Assembly (NCBI GenBank): GCA_965644315.1
Contig: CBFFRQ010000069.1
Span: 682,001-746,000 of the forward strand
Length of the DNA stretch: 64,000 nt
Source: Caecitellus pseudoparvulus
Taxonomy: Eukaryota; Protista; Bigyra: Bicosoecida
Direction: 5' to 3'
Below the pieces are notes generated by a model. It was given only the letters and a program-made list of their open reading frames with translations. It was not told the origin of the DNA and did not search any database. This document shows, piece by piece, positions 1 to 12,563 of the stretch. A program made the translations under genes and the position numbers. Within the stretch, counting starts at the first letter, position 1, and each line of letters starts with the position of its first letter.

Positions 1-3000
1 CGTAGGCAAAGGGGGTGCCTGGAGGGCCCACGATGAGGAAGCGGCAGACTGCAGGCGCATCGGCGAAGGTCATGGCCAGCGTGCCCTGGGGCAAGCCGCT
101 GGCCAGTTGCTTGTGGGCCGCGCGCACCGCCTTCATCCAGGCACGGGAGGGGCGGGCGAGGCCCTTCATGGCCTGTTGCAAGGGAACGGACTTCTTGGCG
201 TCGGGGAGCCTGACGCAGAAGTCCCCTGGCGCAGGGCCCTGCACTGTGACGTGCACGCCCCCATCCGGCAAGGCATCTGACACGGCGAGGTCAGCCTGAC
301 CCGCCAGTGCCGCCCGCCACACGTCGGTCATGCGGCCCAGCAGAGCCGACGTGCCGGCGATCGCCGGTGCCCCGGGCAGGTCCTCCTCCTCCTCTTCCTC
401 CTCGTCCTCCCCTGCGCCTGCCGCGGCGGCGGGCACCTGCTGGGAGTTCATGCCGCCCGTCATGGAGTGCGACCACGCTGCCAGCACCTCGGCGTCGTCT
501 TCTGCAACGCCCAGCAGGCCGGGCCCCGCCGCAGGGCGCAGGGCAGCTGCTCGGAGCATGGCCGTGGCCTGTGTGACGAGGCCGTGGGGGAGCCTCGGGG
601 CCAGGGTCAGGAACACAGGTCCGAAGGAGCCCTGGGCTCGCTGCCTGCGCACCAGTGCGATGTAGCCACCTAAGTCAGTCACAAGAGACGGGCGCGCCCC
701 ACCAGGTCGTTGCATCATGTCCACGACGCCAGACGTGTCACTCTCCTCGGTGTCCACGCTGCCCAGTGAAATGCTGTCGGCGGTGGCCACGCTCACCTCA
801 TCGCCATGCAGCACAGGCATGCCGTCTGAGTCCAGCCCATCGCTGTGTGCGTCGCTGTCATTATCTTCGTCCTCCGACGCCACGTCAGAGCCGCTGCTCT
901 CCACTTCGCCGCTGCCCCCGCCCGTGACGACTGAGTCGTCCCCTGCTGAGAAGCTGCCGGCGGAGCCATCCGAGTCGGACTCGTAGGAAGAGTCCATCTC
1001 ATCCTCATCCATCTTCACCAGGCCGGCTGCGTCCTCCAGCGTGATTGCCCCATTCAGCCACCGCACGGCCAGCCGCCCAGTCACCAGGTCGGTGCACACC
1101 ACCTCCCCCACCAGCTCAGCACCGGGCACTCGCACAACGTCTTCGCTCCCGAGACTCGCACTGTCGGGGAATGGGCCCACCGCCGGTGTGCCAGGGGCCC
1201 GCGTGACGAAGTCCCGAGCCCAGAACTGCAGGGACGGGTGGTCGTCGATGTCCACGGCGCTGACGTCCTCCACATGACCCACTTGCTCCCCCCAACTGGC
1301 AGGCACCTCTGCGGGGCTGAAGGCCACAGCCCGTGCCGAGGTGGTCTGGGACGCTGGGCCCACTTCCCCTCCACGCCACGCGGATACGGCAATCGCGGCG
1401 TGCGGGTGGTCCGTGCCTGGCGCTGCGATGCGGGAACACCAGCAGTCGTACCGCAGTTGCTCCCGTGCTCGGGAAGCAGCCTGCTCCTCCGGGGACGCCA
1501 ACGGGTCTTCAGGAGTTCGCTGTGGCTGGGGGACGCCTAGAGACACATCGCTGGCGCAGGGCAGGGCAGCGCTTGGCTCCTGCACCTGTGCTTGCGGCAC
1601 GCCACTCTCTGCCAGGCGCTTCACAGCCTCCCACCACTTGTGCAAGTACGCCACCCGCGCACCCGCCCCAGCGAGCAGAGTTTTGGCGTACTGGCACACG
1701 TGCTCAGGCGCCGGCAGGGCCTGGGGTGCGCTTGAGTCGCTGGGCAGCCACCGCACCCGCACGGTGCCGGCAGCCTTGTCGGCGCTGAGCACGACGCCGC
1801 GCTGCCGCCGAAGCGTGCCCCCCTGGGAGCCCGGTACAATGGAGGTGGCGAGGGGGCTGCCGGGCGTGGCGCACACTTCCTCCCCTGGGAAGAACAGGCT
1901 CACCATTTGCGTGGTGGTGGTGCCCAGGCACACCCCGGGCACCCGGCTGATGCTGCCGTCTTCCCACTGCACGTCGTGCATCGTGCTGGTGAGCAGGACA
2001 GACACGGTGGCGGTGGAAAGGTCTGGGATGCCAGCCGGTGTGGGGAGGGCCGCCAAGTCGCCACAGAATACACCAGAGTGCTCGCACGTCCAGTAGACAC
2101 TGTTGTTCAGCAGGGACGATTGGAGAGTCAGGGGAGAGACTGCACTGTTGCCAAGGGGCAGCGGACTCACGCCATAGGTCGGCGTCTGCACGCCAGGTGC
2201 CGACTCGGACGGCACGCCCGTTTGTGCGGGAGAGGGCAGTGGAGGGGGGGATGCGGTGCTGGCAGGGGGGGCGGGTGGTACCGCTTGTGCCGCGTCAGCG
2301 CCCTGCTCGCCCCCACCTGCAGCAGCCAGGATTGGGCGGGTGGTCTCCCACCATCTCACAGGTGTCTTGAGCGGCAGCACAGCCACAATGCGGGCGGCAG
2401 CGTGTACGCCGGGGGCAAAGGAGCCTTCGATCCAGTGGCATGCCCGCCACACCTGTGGTGCAGCTGACACCATCATGCCAGGTGCAGGGCGCGCGCCCAT
2501 CGTGTCCGTGAGCGGTGTGGCCCAGCTGAGGTAGGGCATGTACACGACGGCCCCATCAGCGAACTGCACCACGCCCCCAAAGCGGTTGCTCTGGTCTTCA
2601 TGGTTGTCGCTGGCCTCCTTGCCCAGCCCATGCTCGGCGTGCAGCACCCACGCGGTGGCGACGTGGGGCGCACACGTCGCCAGGAAGGACGCGTCCACAA
2701 GGCCCAGCTTGTGGGGGTCGTGCTGCCAGCTGACCAGCAGTGCCTGCTGCACCGCCAACACCTTGCCCATCATGCCACCTGCGGAGGGGACAGAGGTGGT
2801 GGTCAGAACTTGACGCCTGGCTCCCTTGCAGGCGTGGGCAAGTGCTGCTCACCTTGGGAAGGCGTCCTGCGGCGGTCAAGAACCACATCCCCCACTGTGA
2901 AGACTCGATCAATGAGGCGAAGCTTGCCTTTGGGCACCTCGATCCTAACGCCGTCGGAGGCTGCAACGTCAACCTCATCATCGTCCGCATCATCCTCTGG

Positions 3001-3174
3001 CGCGCCTTTCACCACCGCTAGTACCTCTGTGGGGCGAGCACAGGACGGAGGCTGCGTTTCGAGGGTGTTTCGCCGGTGTGCTCTCGCCTGCTTCTCACCG
3101 GCGTCTGGAATGAAGACAAGGTCATCCACCTCCACAGCACCACTCCCATACTTCTCCAAAGCCAAGTAGTCCAT
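1..3174 (-). CDS. UBE2O: UBE2O-like E2/E3 hybrid ubiquitin-conjugating enzyme (3' end outside window)
   Basis: ATG at 3174; GT-AG introns 3098-3027 and 2852-2779; then one frame that appears open to base 1, which is why the ORF track omits it. Contains HDVQWEDG..FFPGEEV, DVHDDHPSLQFWARDFV and the start of the UBC domain WMKAVRAAHKQLASGLPQGTLAMTFAD..RFLIVGPPGTPFAY, all matching UBE2O. Confidence 0.85.
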
Positions 3175-3345
3175 GGTAGCTGTTCGTGCCGGTCACACGC
3201 CTGTGCCGCGAGGCGCTGTCGTACCAAGCAACTTGCCTGGCCTGGCCTCAGCACGCGATGCCTGCCCTGCGACTGTTGCAAGCGCAGCGAGAACAGGACA
3301 GAGGAATGTGGATTTGTGTAGACGTCGGCATGGAGGGAGCCCGCC

Positions 3346-5037
3346 TCAGGGCTTGATCCACCCCCCCTCCACGACGTGTTGCAGGCGGTACTTGGCAGCC
3401 ACCCTCAGGAGGATGTCCCGGGCCAGGGAGGCGTCCGAAGCGGTGCTGGACAGGTCATACATCGTGCCCATGTTCCCCACGATGGCTCTATTGCTGCCTA
3501 TGTGAGCAGGGGCGTTGGAGGCCAGCAGCGCGTTCCCTGCGGCCAGCCCCTTCCACAGCTGCCCGCTCAGCACATCGGCGGCCAAGGCGGCGCACGCAGC
3601 GGACGAACGGAGGACAACGGCAGGCCCCGTGCCTGGGCCGACATGCCCTCCACCCCACACATCCGAGCCCGCTGGCTCAGCAGAGTCTGTGTGCTGCGTC
3701 GCGACGCCAATGACGCGCGTTTCTGCCTCGGCAGCCGCCGTAGCCGCCAGGTCTGCACTGCCCTGCAGCATGGCCATGAGGCTGTCAGAGTGCAGCACTG
3801 CCGCTTCCACGCTGCTGCGCATCACAGAGGGCGTCTCATCCTCCGTCGGTGCCGCTGCACGCCCCAAGCACTCCACCAGCTGCTGGGCGTCCGTTGCCCC
3901 TGTCACATTGCCCACCATGCAGAACACACGCAGCAGCGCAGTGGCACAGGCCAGCGCCCCGTGGGCAGCCACGCTCGCAGGAACAGCGCCCTTCCATCCC
4001 TCCTGTGGCGCAGACGCGTCGGCTCGCCACAGCTCCTTCACCCCCGCCTCACACACGAAGGCCGCGCTGGGCACGATGCGGGGCGTGGCAGCGGGGGGCG
4101 TGTCGCCGGTGCCCGACTCCTGCACCAGCAACGCGTGCTGCTGCATCCAGATGCGGGCGATGTGCAGCCTGGTCTTGACGCGGCTCGCGATGGCCACGCT
4201 GGGCGGCAGGCAGCGGAAGGCGGCCGTGAGGGACGGATGAGGCGACGCCCCACCCGCCAGAGCGGCAGGGGTGCTGGCGGCCAGGAAGCGCTGCAAGTTC
4301 AGGCACGGCGCAGGGGCTGTGCAGCCCGTGCCTTCCCGCATGGCCACCTCGTCCTGCACGGCTGCCGCGGTCAGCAGAGCAGGCAGCCCCACCACTGGCT
4401 TGGCCAGGTCCCCACCCCCCCACTCTGCCGCTGCCGTGGCGGGCTCGGTCTCCAGCGTGTCAGGGGAGGCTCCCAGCAGGCCAACCGACTTCAGCAGTGC
4501 CAGGGCATCCGCCCACTTGTCCTGCGCGACAGCGGCTAGCAGGCGCAGGTGCAGGGAAGCAGTGGGCGGCACCTCGGCCCACCGCCCCAGAGCGCACAGG
4601 TGCCCCGGAGGCAAGGAGTCGTCCTCAGACGGCAACGGCACATCTGCGGTCGCCAGAAACCTGTGGGCCGCCTGGTCGATGGAGTTTGTGCCGGCAGCAT
4701 TGAGGTACAGCACTGGGTGAGCCACCTCTTGCGGGGGCGTTGGCCTGTCGGCGCCGCCTGCCCCCCGGCGAGTGGGGGCGTCGGGGACTGGCACAGACGC
4801 AGTAGCTGCTGCACTGGCTTCGTGGAATGGGTTGCTGCTGGAGTCTGCCCTGGAACCTGCAGACGGGAGAGTGGTGGGTGCTGGCGGGGTGAGGCGCTGT
4901 CGCAGCCCGTGGGGCAAATGCCTTACCTCTGTCGAAAGAAAGCGAGGAAGAGGGGAGTGAGTGCATGCACGAACGGTGTGTGTGCAAGCATGTGTTCGCA
5001 CGATTCCTGGCTCGCCTTACCTGGTGGGGGCAGCCAT
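3346..5037 (-). CDS. TRAPPC12: TRAPPC12/TTC15-like helical trafficking protein
   Basis: C-terminus AIVGNMGTMYDLSS..RDILLRVAAKY resembles TRAPPC12 (VLFNLTTMYELES..KQALLEAVA). ATG 5037; exons 5037-5021, 4928-4927 (2 nt) and 4856-3346. Confidence 0.6.
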
Positions 5038-5234
5038 GCCTGGAGCTGTAGGTGGTGCAGACCAGTTTCCGCAGACACAGTCAAACTGCTTGCCTCCCCT
5101 TCAGAGAGCGGGCTGTGCTCCTGGAGCAAGCAGCCTTGGATTAAGCATGCATTCAAAGACAGAGAGGAGCGAGTTCCATGCAAGGGGAGCTTGTGTTTTG
5201 CCCCAGGCCTGCAGTAGCCGAAACGTGGCTGGCC

Positions 5235-6067
5235 TCACGCAGCGGGGGCTACGTGCACCCACACTTCGTTGTGTCGGTTGAAGAGGGTGAAGGGGCTGTC
5301 ATACTGCGCCCACACCTGCTCAAAGGCGTCTGGCACCACATCGTACCCCGCCTCGGCCACTGCCTTCAGCAGCGCCACTGTGGTGGTCTGGAATTCGGCC
5401 TCTGTCGCGAAGCCACCGAAGCCAGTGGTAGCCACGAGCAAGTTCTTCATGGGCGTGATGCCCACCACTGGAGAGGTGGGGATGGAGTCCTTGTTGTTGA
5501 ACAGAGACGCTGGGACGAAGAAGTCGTTGAACCAGCCTTCCTCGCCGTTCGGGCGCATGAGCACTGGCGCAGTCATGGGGATCTTGCGCCCGGCGCTGTT
5601 TTCGCCAGAAATGAAGTCAAAGTTCTCCTGAAACCCCTGAGTCTCCGCATCGCGGAAGGTAGAGTTGGCGATGTTGGCTTGCGTCCAGAATTGGGGGTGC
5701 TGCGGCAGCCAGGGAAGGGGTGCTTCGTGCGTGGTGCGCAGGGTAAATTTCATCCGCACCCACGCCAGCATGCCACTCACTGCCGGATCTGCACCGTACT
5801 GGCGAACTTCCACCTGGATCCCAGTGCTAGAATTAAAGCGCTTCACGAGATTGAAGCAGGGGGTTTCCAGCTGCGCAGCGGGGGGGAGAGGTGTGGTGCA
5901 GGGTGCTCGCTGACGTCACTGCTGGCAGCTGAGGCTGGCGGCAGCGGTCGTGCACAACGCTGACGCACCTTGTTCACACCGAACTGGTGGCAAGGAGGGT
6001 CACCTGGTGCTGCATGTACGCTGCAGGCAGCAGCCGCTGCGAGCAAGAAAGCTGCGCTGCTGCGCAT
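5235..6067 (-). CDS. Secreted SOUL/HBP heme-binding family protein
   Basis: Signal peptide MRSSAAFLLAAAAACSVHA; intron 5968-5871; SOUL motifs EVRQY, GFQENFDFISGENSAGRKIPMTAPV and AQYDSPFTLFNRHNEVW. Confidence 0.9.
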
Positions 6068-6165
6068 GTTTATTTGAGGTTGGCGTGGTCAAGAAGCGAC
6101 GTCAGCCCAAACGGCGACAACGGCTTGCAGTGCAGGGAAGCTGCGCTGGAGGCAGGAGTGTAAAC

Positions 6166-6172
6166 TGCATTG
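6166..6172 (-). terminator. CAATGCA 3'-end element
   Basis: About 87 nt after the stop of the C2-WW gene, in sense orientation. Confidence 0.5.
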
Positions 6173-6258
6173 CTCAGTAAATCCAGACACGTTTGAAATA
6201 CCGTTTGATGGAGAGTGCGATGTCACTGCGCCCCTTCCTGGCGCCTCAGCGTGGGGCC

Positions 6259-9200
6259 TCAAGCCTTCCCCGCCCGTCCTCGGCCACGACCACGACGAGA
6301 GAGCAGCTGGTTGCGCTTGTTCGCGCCGCCCCCGTACGTGACGATGCTCTGGCGAATCATGCGCCCCTTGCGCTTTTCGTGGCGGGCCTTGCGCGCCGCC
6401 TCCTCAGCTGCAGCTGCCGCCTCTTCCTCCGTCATGCGCTCAGCCTTGGCGGCCTGCTGGGCAGCCTCCTTCTCCCGCTCCGCCTTGGCTTGCCGCATGC
6501 GATCGAAGAACGCCACTTCGCGCTCCCCCACGCCCCCATCTGCGCCCATGCCTGGCAGCGCCTGCAACACATCCTCGTCTTCACCAGCATCCTCGGAGTC
6601 ACTGCCCTCACCCGGCGTGGCCTCAGCAGGCGTGGCCTCTGCAGCCGTTCCTTCAGCAGGTGCACTGGAAGCCTCTGACGTGGGTGTGGATGGTGCACTG
6701 CCCTCTGCATCGGGGCTAGGAGCCGCGGAGGCCAGGCCTGGGGGGGCACGCTTGCCGGGCAGGCCAGGCGGCGCCTTGCGCCCGCCACTGCTCCCGCCAA
6801 TGGCGGCCAGCCCACCAGCTGAGGTGCTGGCTCGGCCTGGCAGGACCTGCCGAGTGCTCTTGGCTTGGCCAGGGGGCGTACCGCGCACCATGCTGGCGCG
6901 GCCGGCGGTGCCCGGCACCACAAACTCCGGCCGCCCCCGCCCCCCGGCGCCGGTGCTGCAGGCAGCAGCCAAGAGCGATGGGCCCACTGGTGGGCCCACC
7001 TCTGCCTCACTCAGCTCGCGTGCACCCACGTGCCGCAGCGCTGCCTGGCAGGCTTGCAAGGCGGTGGCGTGGGCGAGCTCAGCCAGCAGGGTGGCCTTGG
7101 ACAGAGCCAGGCGGGCACTGTGAGCCACGTGCATGGCTGGACGGGACACCTTGGCCAAGCCAGGGGGGGGCACTCGTCCCTGGCGGGCGGCCCCCGGTCC
7201 AGGTGCGGCAGCCACGCCTGGGGGGGCAGTGGGCACTGCCCCTCGGGGGGGGGCAGGGGGCGGGCGCTTGCCGCTGCTGTACGAGCGCTGCATGCTGCCC
7301 GAGCGGGCGGTGGCAGGCCGTGCGCCGTCCCCCGACACATACTTCCCAGCTGTGAAGATGACACTGTCGTTGCGCCCGCGCCCGCCGCCGGCGCCCGTGC
7401 CGCCCTGCCCAGCCCACACCTGGGCATCCACCACCGCTGCGCTGAGGGCGTCAGGCTGGCGGGAGGTGCGGCGCTGGGCCGTCACGGCTGCCAGCGGCGT
7501 CGTGTCCTCAGGCACAGACCCGGCGTCAGAGCCGTTAGCGGCGAGGAAGTACTTGCGCGTGAGGGCCGCCCCCCCGCCGCCTGCGCCAGTGCCGTCCATG
7601 TCCAGGCTGCCCAGGCGGCCGCCGGTGGAGAGGGAAGACATGGCCCGCCCCGAGCGGGTGGAGAAGGTGGAGGCCTTGCGCGTGAGGGAGTCCCGCCCGC
7701 CCTCCCCATCCAGGGCCTCCAGGATGGCGCTCTCCTCTGCGCCCAAGTCGTTGGCTGCACGCCACTGCTTCACAGACGCGGGCTCCGTCGTGATGCGGCT
7801 GCCCATGGCGGTGATGTGGGTCCAGTACACTTCCCCCTCCTCCGTCATGCCCTCCTCCCAGCCCAGGGGCAGGTACGCCTCGGGGTAGAACAGCTCCAAG
7901 CGCAGGCGCAGGTACCCCACCAACAGGCCGCCCTGCCCCCCCGCTCGCTGGTGGGCTGACCCCTGCGGGACGCCGCTCAGCACAGGCCACCAGCGATCAC
8001 ACCGCAGGCCGTGGCTGGTCAGGACGGTGCTGGCGTCCCCGAACAGCGTGCTCCAGCGGATGAGCACGTGGCCGAACTCCGCAGCTCCCAGGCGCTGCTT
8101 CATGCGCACGTCCACTCGCAGGCCAGCTGCATGGGCCATGTCGCCGCCGCCCTCCACGGCATCTGGATACCGCAGCCAGAAAATGGGCTGCCCGCCCTCG
8201 TCCAGGTACGGGTCCCCCACCTGGCGCAACTTGTGCTCGGCCAGCGCGACGGTGGGCTCAGCCTCAGACCTGGTCACGGAGTGGCTGCGGGAGGTGGGCG
8301 AGGAGGCAGGGGAGGAGGTGCCCCCCCCCAGCGCCGCCGCTGCCGCCACTTCCAGGCTGTCCGCCCCCCCCGCGCCCTCCGTCGCCCACGTCTGGCTGCG
8401 GCGGCCGGCAGTGGCGCGGGAGCTAGCGGCAGGCAGGCGGGGTTCCAGCACCGCAGACATGACCCCAGATCGCGCAGGCGCGATGGGCAGGACGTGTGCC
8501 TTGGCCAGGCTCACCGCGGAGGCGCCTGCCCGCCGCCGCACCATGGGCCCATACTGCAACAGGGCAGCCTCTGAGTCCTTGGCATCCACGAGGTTGGGGG
8601 GGTGCCGGGGCAGGGCGTCGCGCCAGTGGCTGGCTGCAGCCTCTGATGCCTCGGTGATGTGGCTCAGGAACCGCTTCTCCCGCCCCGCGGCGTGCAGGAC
8701 AGAGGAAGCCCCCCCCCGAGCAGGGGCGGCGGGGGTGGGCCCACCCCCGCCGCCCCCGCGCCCGACGATGGAGGGCAGTGTGGCGTGCCCACCCCCGCCC
8801 TCGCCACTGCGGCTGAGGCCCACCTCCTCCAGCGCTGTCTCCTCAGGGTCCCCCCGCGCCACAGTCACGCCCTGCGCCTTGAAGAACACCGCCTCGAACC
8901 ACTCCGGGTCAGCACCGGCGCCCCCCCGCACCCGGGTCTTGAACTTACTCGCCCCCGTCAAGTACGAGCCGTCTCGCGCCGTGAGGCAAGCCCGCACGTA
9001 GGGGTTCTGCGGCGGCTGCCCGTCCTCGCCCCGCAGCTCCTTGCCGCCCACCACGTGCAGCACTGCGCCCAGCGGCTGCGGGTCAAGCGGCGGGCCAGGG
9101 TAGTAGTACACCAGCAGGCGCAGGTCGCCTTGGGCAGGGCCCACCTGCCGCCTCCGGGCATCTGCACGGGTAGTGATGCGGAACCACTGGTCTGCGTAGC

Positions 9201-9957
9201 GCTCTGGACCGCCAGGCGGCGTGTCTGCGTTGGCTGCGTCCACAGCCTCCACCAGCGTTTCCAGCGGCACCAGCACCTGACCAAGCCAAGTGTGTGACGA
9301 CGACACGCTGGGCGTCCAGTCCTTGACCTTGATTTGCAGGGCGCTGCACTCTTCGATGGGGTGTGTCAGGCCGAAGGCGAAGACTTCGTCCCACTGCGGC
9401 TCCCGCGTGTCGGCCAGCGTGGCTGTTTGTTTGGCTTCACTGCGCACCTGCTTGCCCTTGGCGTCGAGCGGGACAAGAGACAAGTACGGGTTGCGCCCGC
9501 CGCTGGTGGGGCCTTTGGACCCGCGTAAGTTGCGCGCCTGCACCACCCCCACGATGAGCACACCACCTCCATACAGCTCGAAGCGCTGGGCTGGCGTCAT
9601 GGACGTCACGCGGCGCAAGATACTTCGGCAGGCGTCGCCTGCGATGTCTGTGCATCAAATTGGCAAAGGGCAAGTGTGAGCGAGGCTTCCACAGGGAGCA
9701 AGCAGCGCCCATGGCGCACAAACGACACTACCAGTGCAGGTCTCCCGCGCCAACACGGAAGGCCGCCCCTGGTCGACTTGGCGTGGCAGCGCAGGGAACC
9801 CGCATGCTCCGCCGCTGAGTTTCACATGGCCACGGCCAGCACGCCGCCTGCACTCACAGGAATCTGGGCCTTCCGTCCGCCCGCTGCGCCGTTTCCAGTC
9901 AGTGCTGGTAGGGGCAGCAGAAGCCAGGCGGGGTCTCCGCGAAAGAGACTGAGCCAT
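6259..9957 (-). CDS. Multi-C2 domain + WW domain protein with low-complexity/coiled-coil tail
   Basis: C2 motifs VGVVQARNL..NPYL..T..DTREPQWDEVF and HVVGGKEL..NPYV..PEWFE; WW-like LPLGWEEGMTEEGEVYW..TTEP. Probable ATG 9957 with two short 5' introns joining ORF 6259-9618. Confidence 0.75.
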
Positions 9958-10598
9958 GGCGCCGCTGAGGGAAGCCGCGTGGTAGCTGCGGAAGTAGCTC
10001 TGTGATGCTTGGCCAAGGCCACGCAGGCAGTAGCGTCCCCTTCAGGCGGCTCGGCACCTCCGCACACACTGGCGGCGAGAGAAGGAAGGAGGTGGCGTGT
10101 CCCTTCCCTGTCTCCCTCGGTGTGGCAGGCAGGCTTGTGTGTGTGCCGTGGTTGCTTCCCACGTGCCGCTGCTGTGCCGCTGGTTGTGTCCGGAACCCGC
10201 TGAGAATATGCAGTGATTGCGAGGTACAAGTGCAGCTGACGGCAAGGTCAAGGGCATGGCCCCAGATGGCTAAGTGACGTCGAATCCGCCAGGTTGCAGG
10301 GAGTCAAATTGTGTCCCACGTGCCGTGCATGCACGGACTCCGCAGCCCCGGCAACGAGGGCTGGCATGCCGGCGAGGTCCACGCACAGCACAGGGACGTG
10401 CGTCGTGTCTCCGCAATTTCACACCCCACACAAAAGCCAGAGGTGAAGGACCGATGTAGGGAAGCGCCCACACTGTGGTTGGTGGGTTTCCGCCCCTGGT
10501 CGTAAAAATCGCGGCCGCCTGCAGCCGTGACGAGGTCGCGCCGTGTGCACGGCAACAGCGTTACACAGCCGTTTCGCCCGGTCTGGTCGGAGTGCAGG

Positions 10599-12302
10599 AT
10601 GGCGGCGGCGGTGGAGGCCATGGGCAAGAAGGTGCTGGCAGGGGCCATAGGAGAAGATGGAATGATGTTGTGGACTGGCCTGGAGGGCGCACTGGCTCGT
10701 TTCCACGGCCCAGTGGCCACCCAGGACTTGCGTCGAGATGTGAGAACTCCCTCGACTGTTTGCGACCAGCCACACGGCAGGGCAGCCCTGCACCCCCCCC
10801 TTGCTCGCCACAGCTGTTCAAGCTGATTGTGAAGGCCAGTCAGATCTACAACAAGGGCATGCTGGCGAGTGACTCCCTCCAGCCCGTCCCAGGCCTCTTG
10901 CAGGTCAGTGCCACCGCCGATTCGGGCAAAGCAGGAGCGCGCCCTTCGCCAGGACCACGCGCCACGCCGCCCCCGGTGCCGCCTTCTTCCACAGGAAGCT
11001 CTGTACATGTGCCACATTGCGTGCCATGCCGCCCAGGCGACCTCTGGCGTCATCCGCAGCCAGCCGCTCGCCGACGCCCTGCAAGCGCTGCACGATGTCC
11101 TGCTGGCTGCGCTGCGGCAGCTGGTGAAGGAGAGCCACACCAAGCCAGAGCTCGCCCTGACCCTCACTAACGCCTTCATCACCCTGGGCGGGCAGGAGTT
11201 CCTGGACGCCCTGCTGAACGGCAAGGAGTACAGCCATGAGCGGGCACTGCTGCTGTCTGCCACGCGCCTGCTCCTGGTGCGTTTCAAGCACCCCGAGGTG
11301 CTGGAGCCACCCCCTCGGCCGTGCGCCTCGCCTGGCTGCAGCGGCACGGTGGTGTTCGACGACCTCTGTGCCCGGCACGCTGCCGCCAAGTACCGTGCCG
11401 CCTTCGCGAAGCCAACCCTGCGAGCGTTTCTGCGTGAGCCCTCGCACTTTGCGGCCTTCAACAAGTGGCTGGTGCAGCGCGCCACGGCGGGCAGCAGTCC
11501 CGGCTCCACGGCCACACTGCCCAGCAATGTGCACCCACGCCTGCTGGCGTTTCACCGGGCTGTGGTGGGGTACAGGGGTGTTTGCAGTCGGCAGCTGCGC
11601 CTGGTGCGGGCCCGCGTCATCTTGGACAAGTACTTGTCCCCAGCCGGTGCAGCTTACGTGTCCCTGGGCATCGCCCCCGACGACCTGACGCACGCCATCA
11701 CCGCTGCTGTGTGCAGGGGTGAGGGCCTGGACACGCCCCCCTCCCTGCCAGAGCCTGCTGCGTCCCCCCTCACCCCCCCCTCCACGGCGTCCACCCCCTC
11801 CACTGCCAGCGCCGGGGTAGCACTAGGCAGTGGCAGTGGCCCCGTCCCTGCTCTGGCCCTGGGCGACATGGCGGGTGGCGGTGGGGGCCTGGGCCCACTC
11901 ACCGCTCGACTGGGCCCAGGCGCGGTCAGTTCATCGCTGTTTGACTCCGTGCACGAGCGCGCTCTGGACGAACTGCGGTGTGTGTTTGACTCGGAGTACG
12001 TGGGTAGTGACGCCTTCACCTCCTTAGTGGCTGGCGTGTCGGCGGCAGTGCTGTCCTCGGGACGCACTGGCACCGGCGCCGGGTTGGCGCTGGTGGCGGA
12101 GCAAGGCGCCTTGGCCGGCATGTTGTGGACGGCGGACCTGCAAGCGGCGGCGGAGGCGCAGGCTGTCCTGCTGGACACGCAGGAGCAAGAGACAGCGCGG
12201 GAGACGGGCGTGGCGCGGGAGGCGCCGCCCAGGCAGCGAGGAGGGGGCGTCTTGGGCTGGCTGCGCGGCGGTGGCGGCGCTGCGGCACAGGCGAAGAAGT
12301 GA
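10599..12302 (+). CDS. TNFAIP8/TIPE(DUF758)-like domain fused to an RGS domain
   Basis: ATG 10599; introns 10740-10813 and 10904-10994. The N-terminal helical domain has a TIPE-like pattern (DLFKLIVKASQIYNKG..NAFITLGGQEFLDALLN). RGS: TLRAFLREP..AFNKWL..LLAFHRAVVGY..ARVILDKYLSP..FDSVHERALDEL..Y.GSDAF. Confidence 0.65.
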
Positions 12303-12316
12303 GCCCGGCCACGGCG

Positions 12317-12323
12317 CAATGCA
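12317..12323 (+). terminator. CAATGCA 3'-end element
   Basis: 14 nt after the TIPE-RGS stop in a tandem gene arrangement, which fixes the sense orientation of the motif. Confidence 0.55.
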
Positions 12324-12563
12324 GGCTGGACAGCACATCGCAAAAAGAGGAGAGCGCTCGGGCACCAGCGACCAGACTGGCACGCATCCACGCTTTTTAC
12401 CTGCCACCCAGCTCCCGTCACCGCCTGCGCCGGGAAGGCAGGCTGCTGAGCTTGCCAACGCCAGAGGCACAGCTGCCGCTGCGTTTGCGGCACTGCAGGG
12501 CGCTGCAGGGCGCTGTGGCCACGAACCCCTGGAAGAAACCACTTCAATCACACCCTGGGCAGC

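Noticed and set aside
10262-10292. TGGCTAAGTG and GTCGAATCC resembling tRNA A and B boxes
   Set aside because: The boxes are only a few nt apart and there is no cloverleaf.
10865-10994. GC-AG intron with GCGAGT donor
   Set aside because: An in-phase GT donor at 10904 is available and gives better TIPE spacing.
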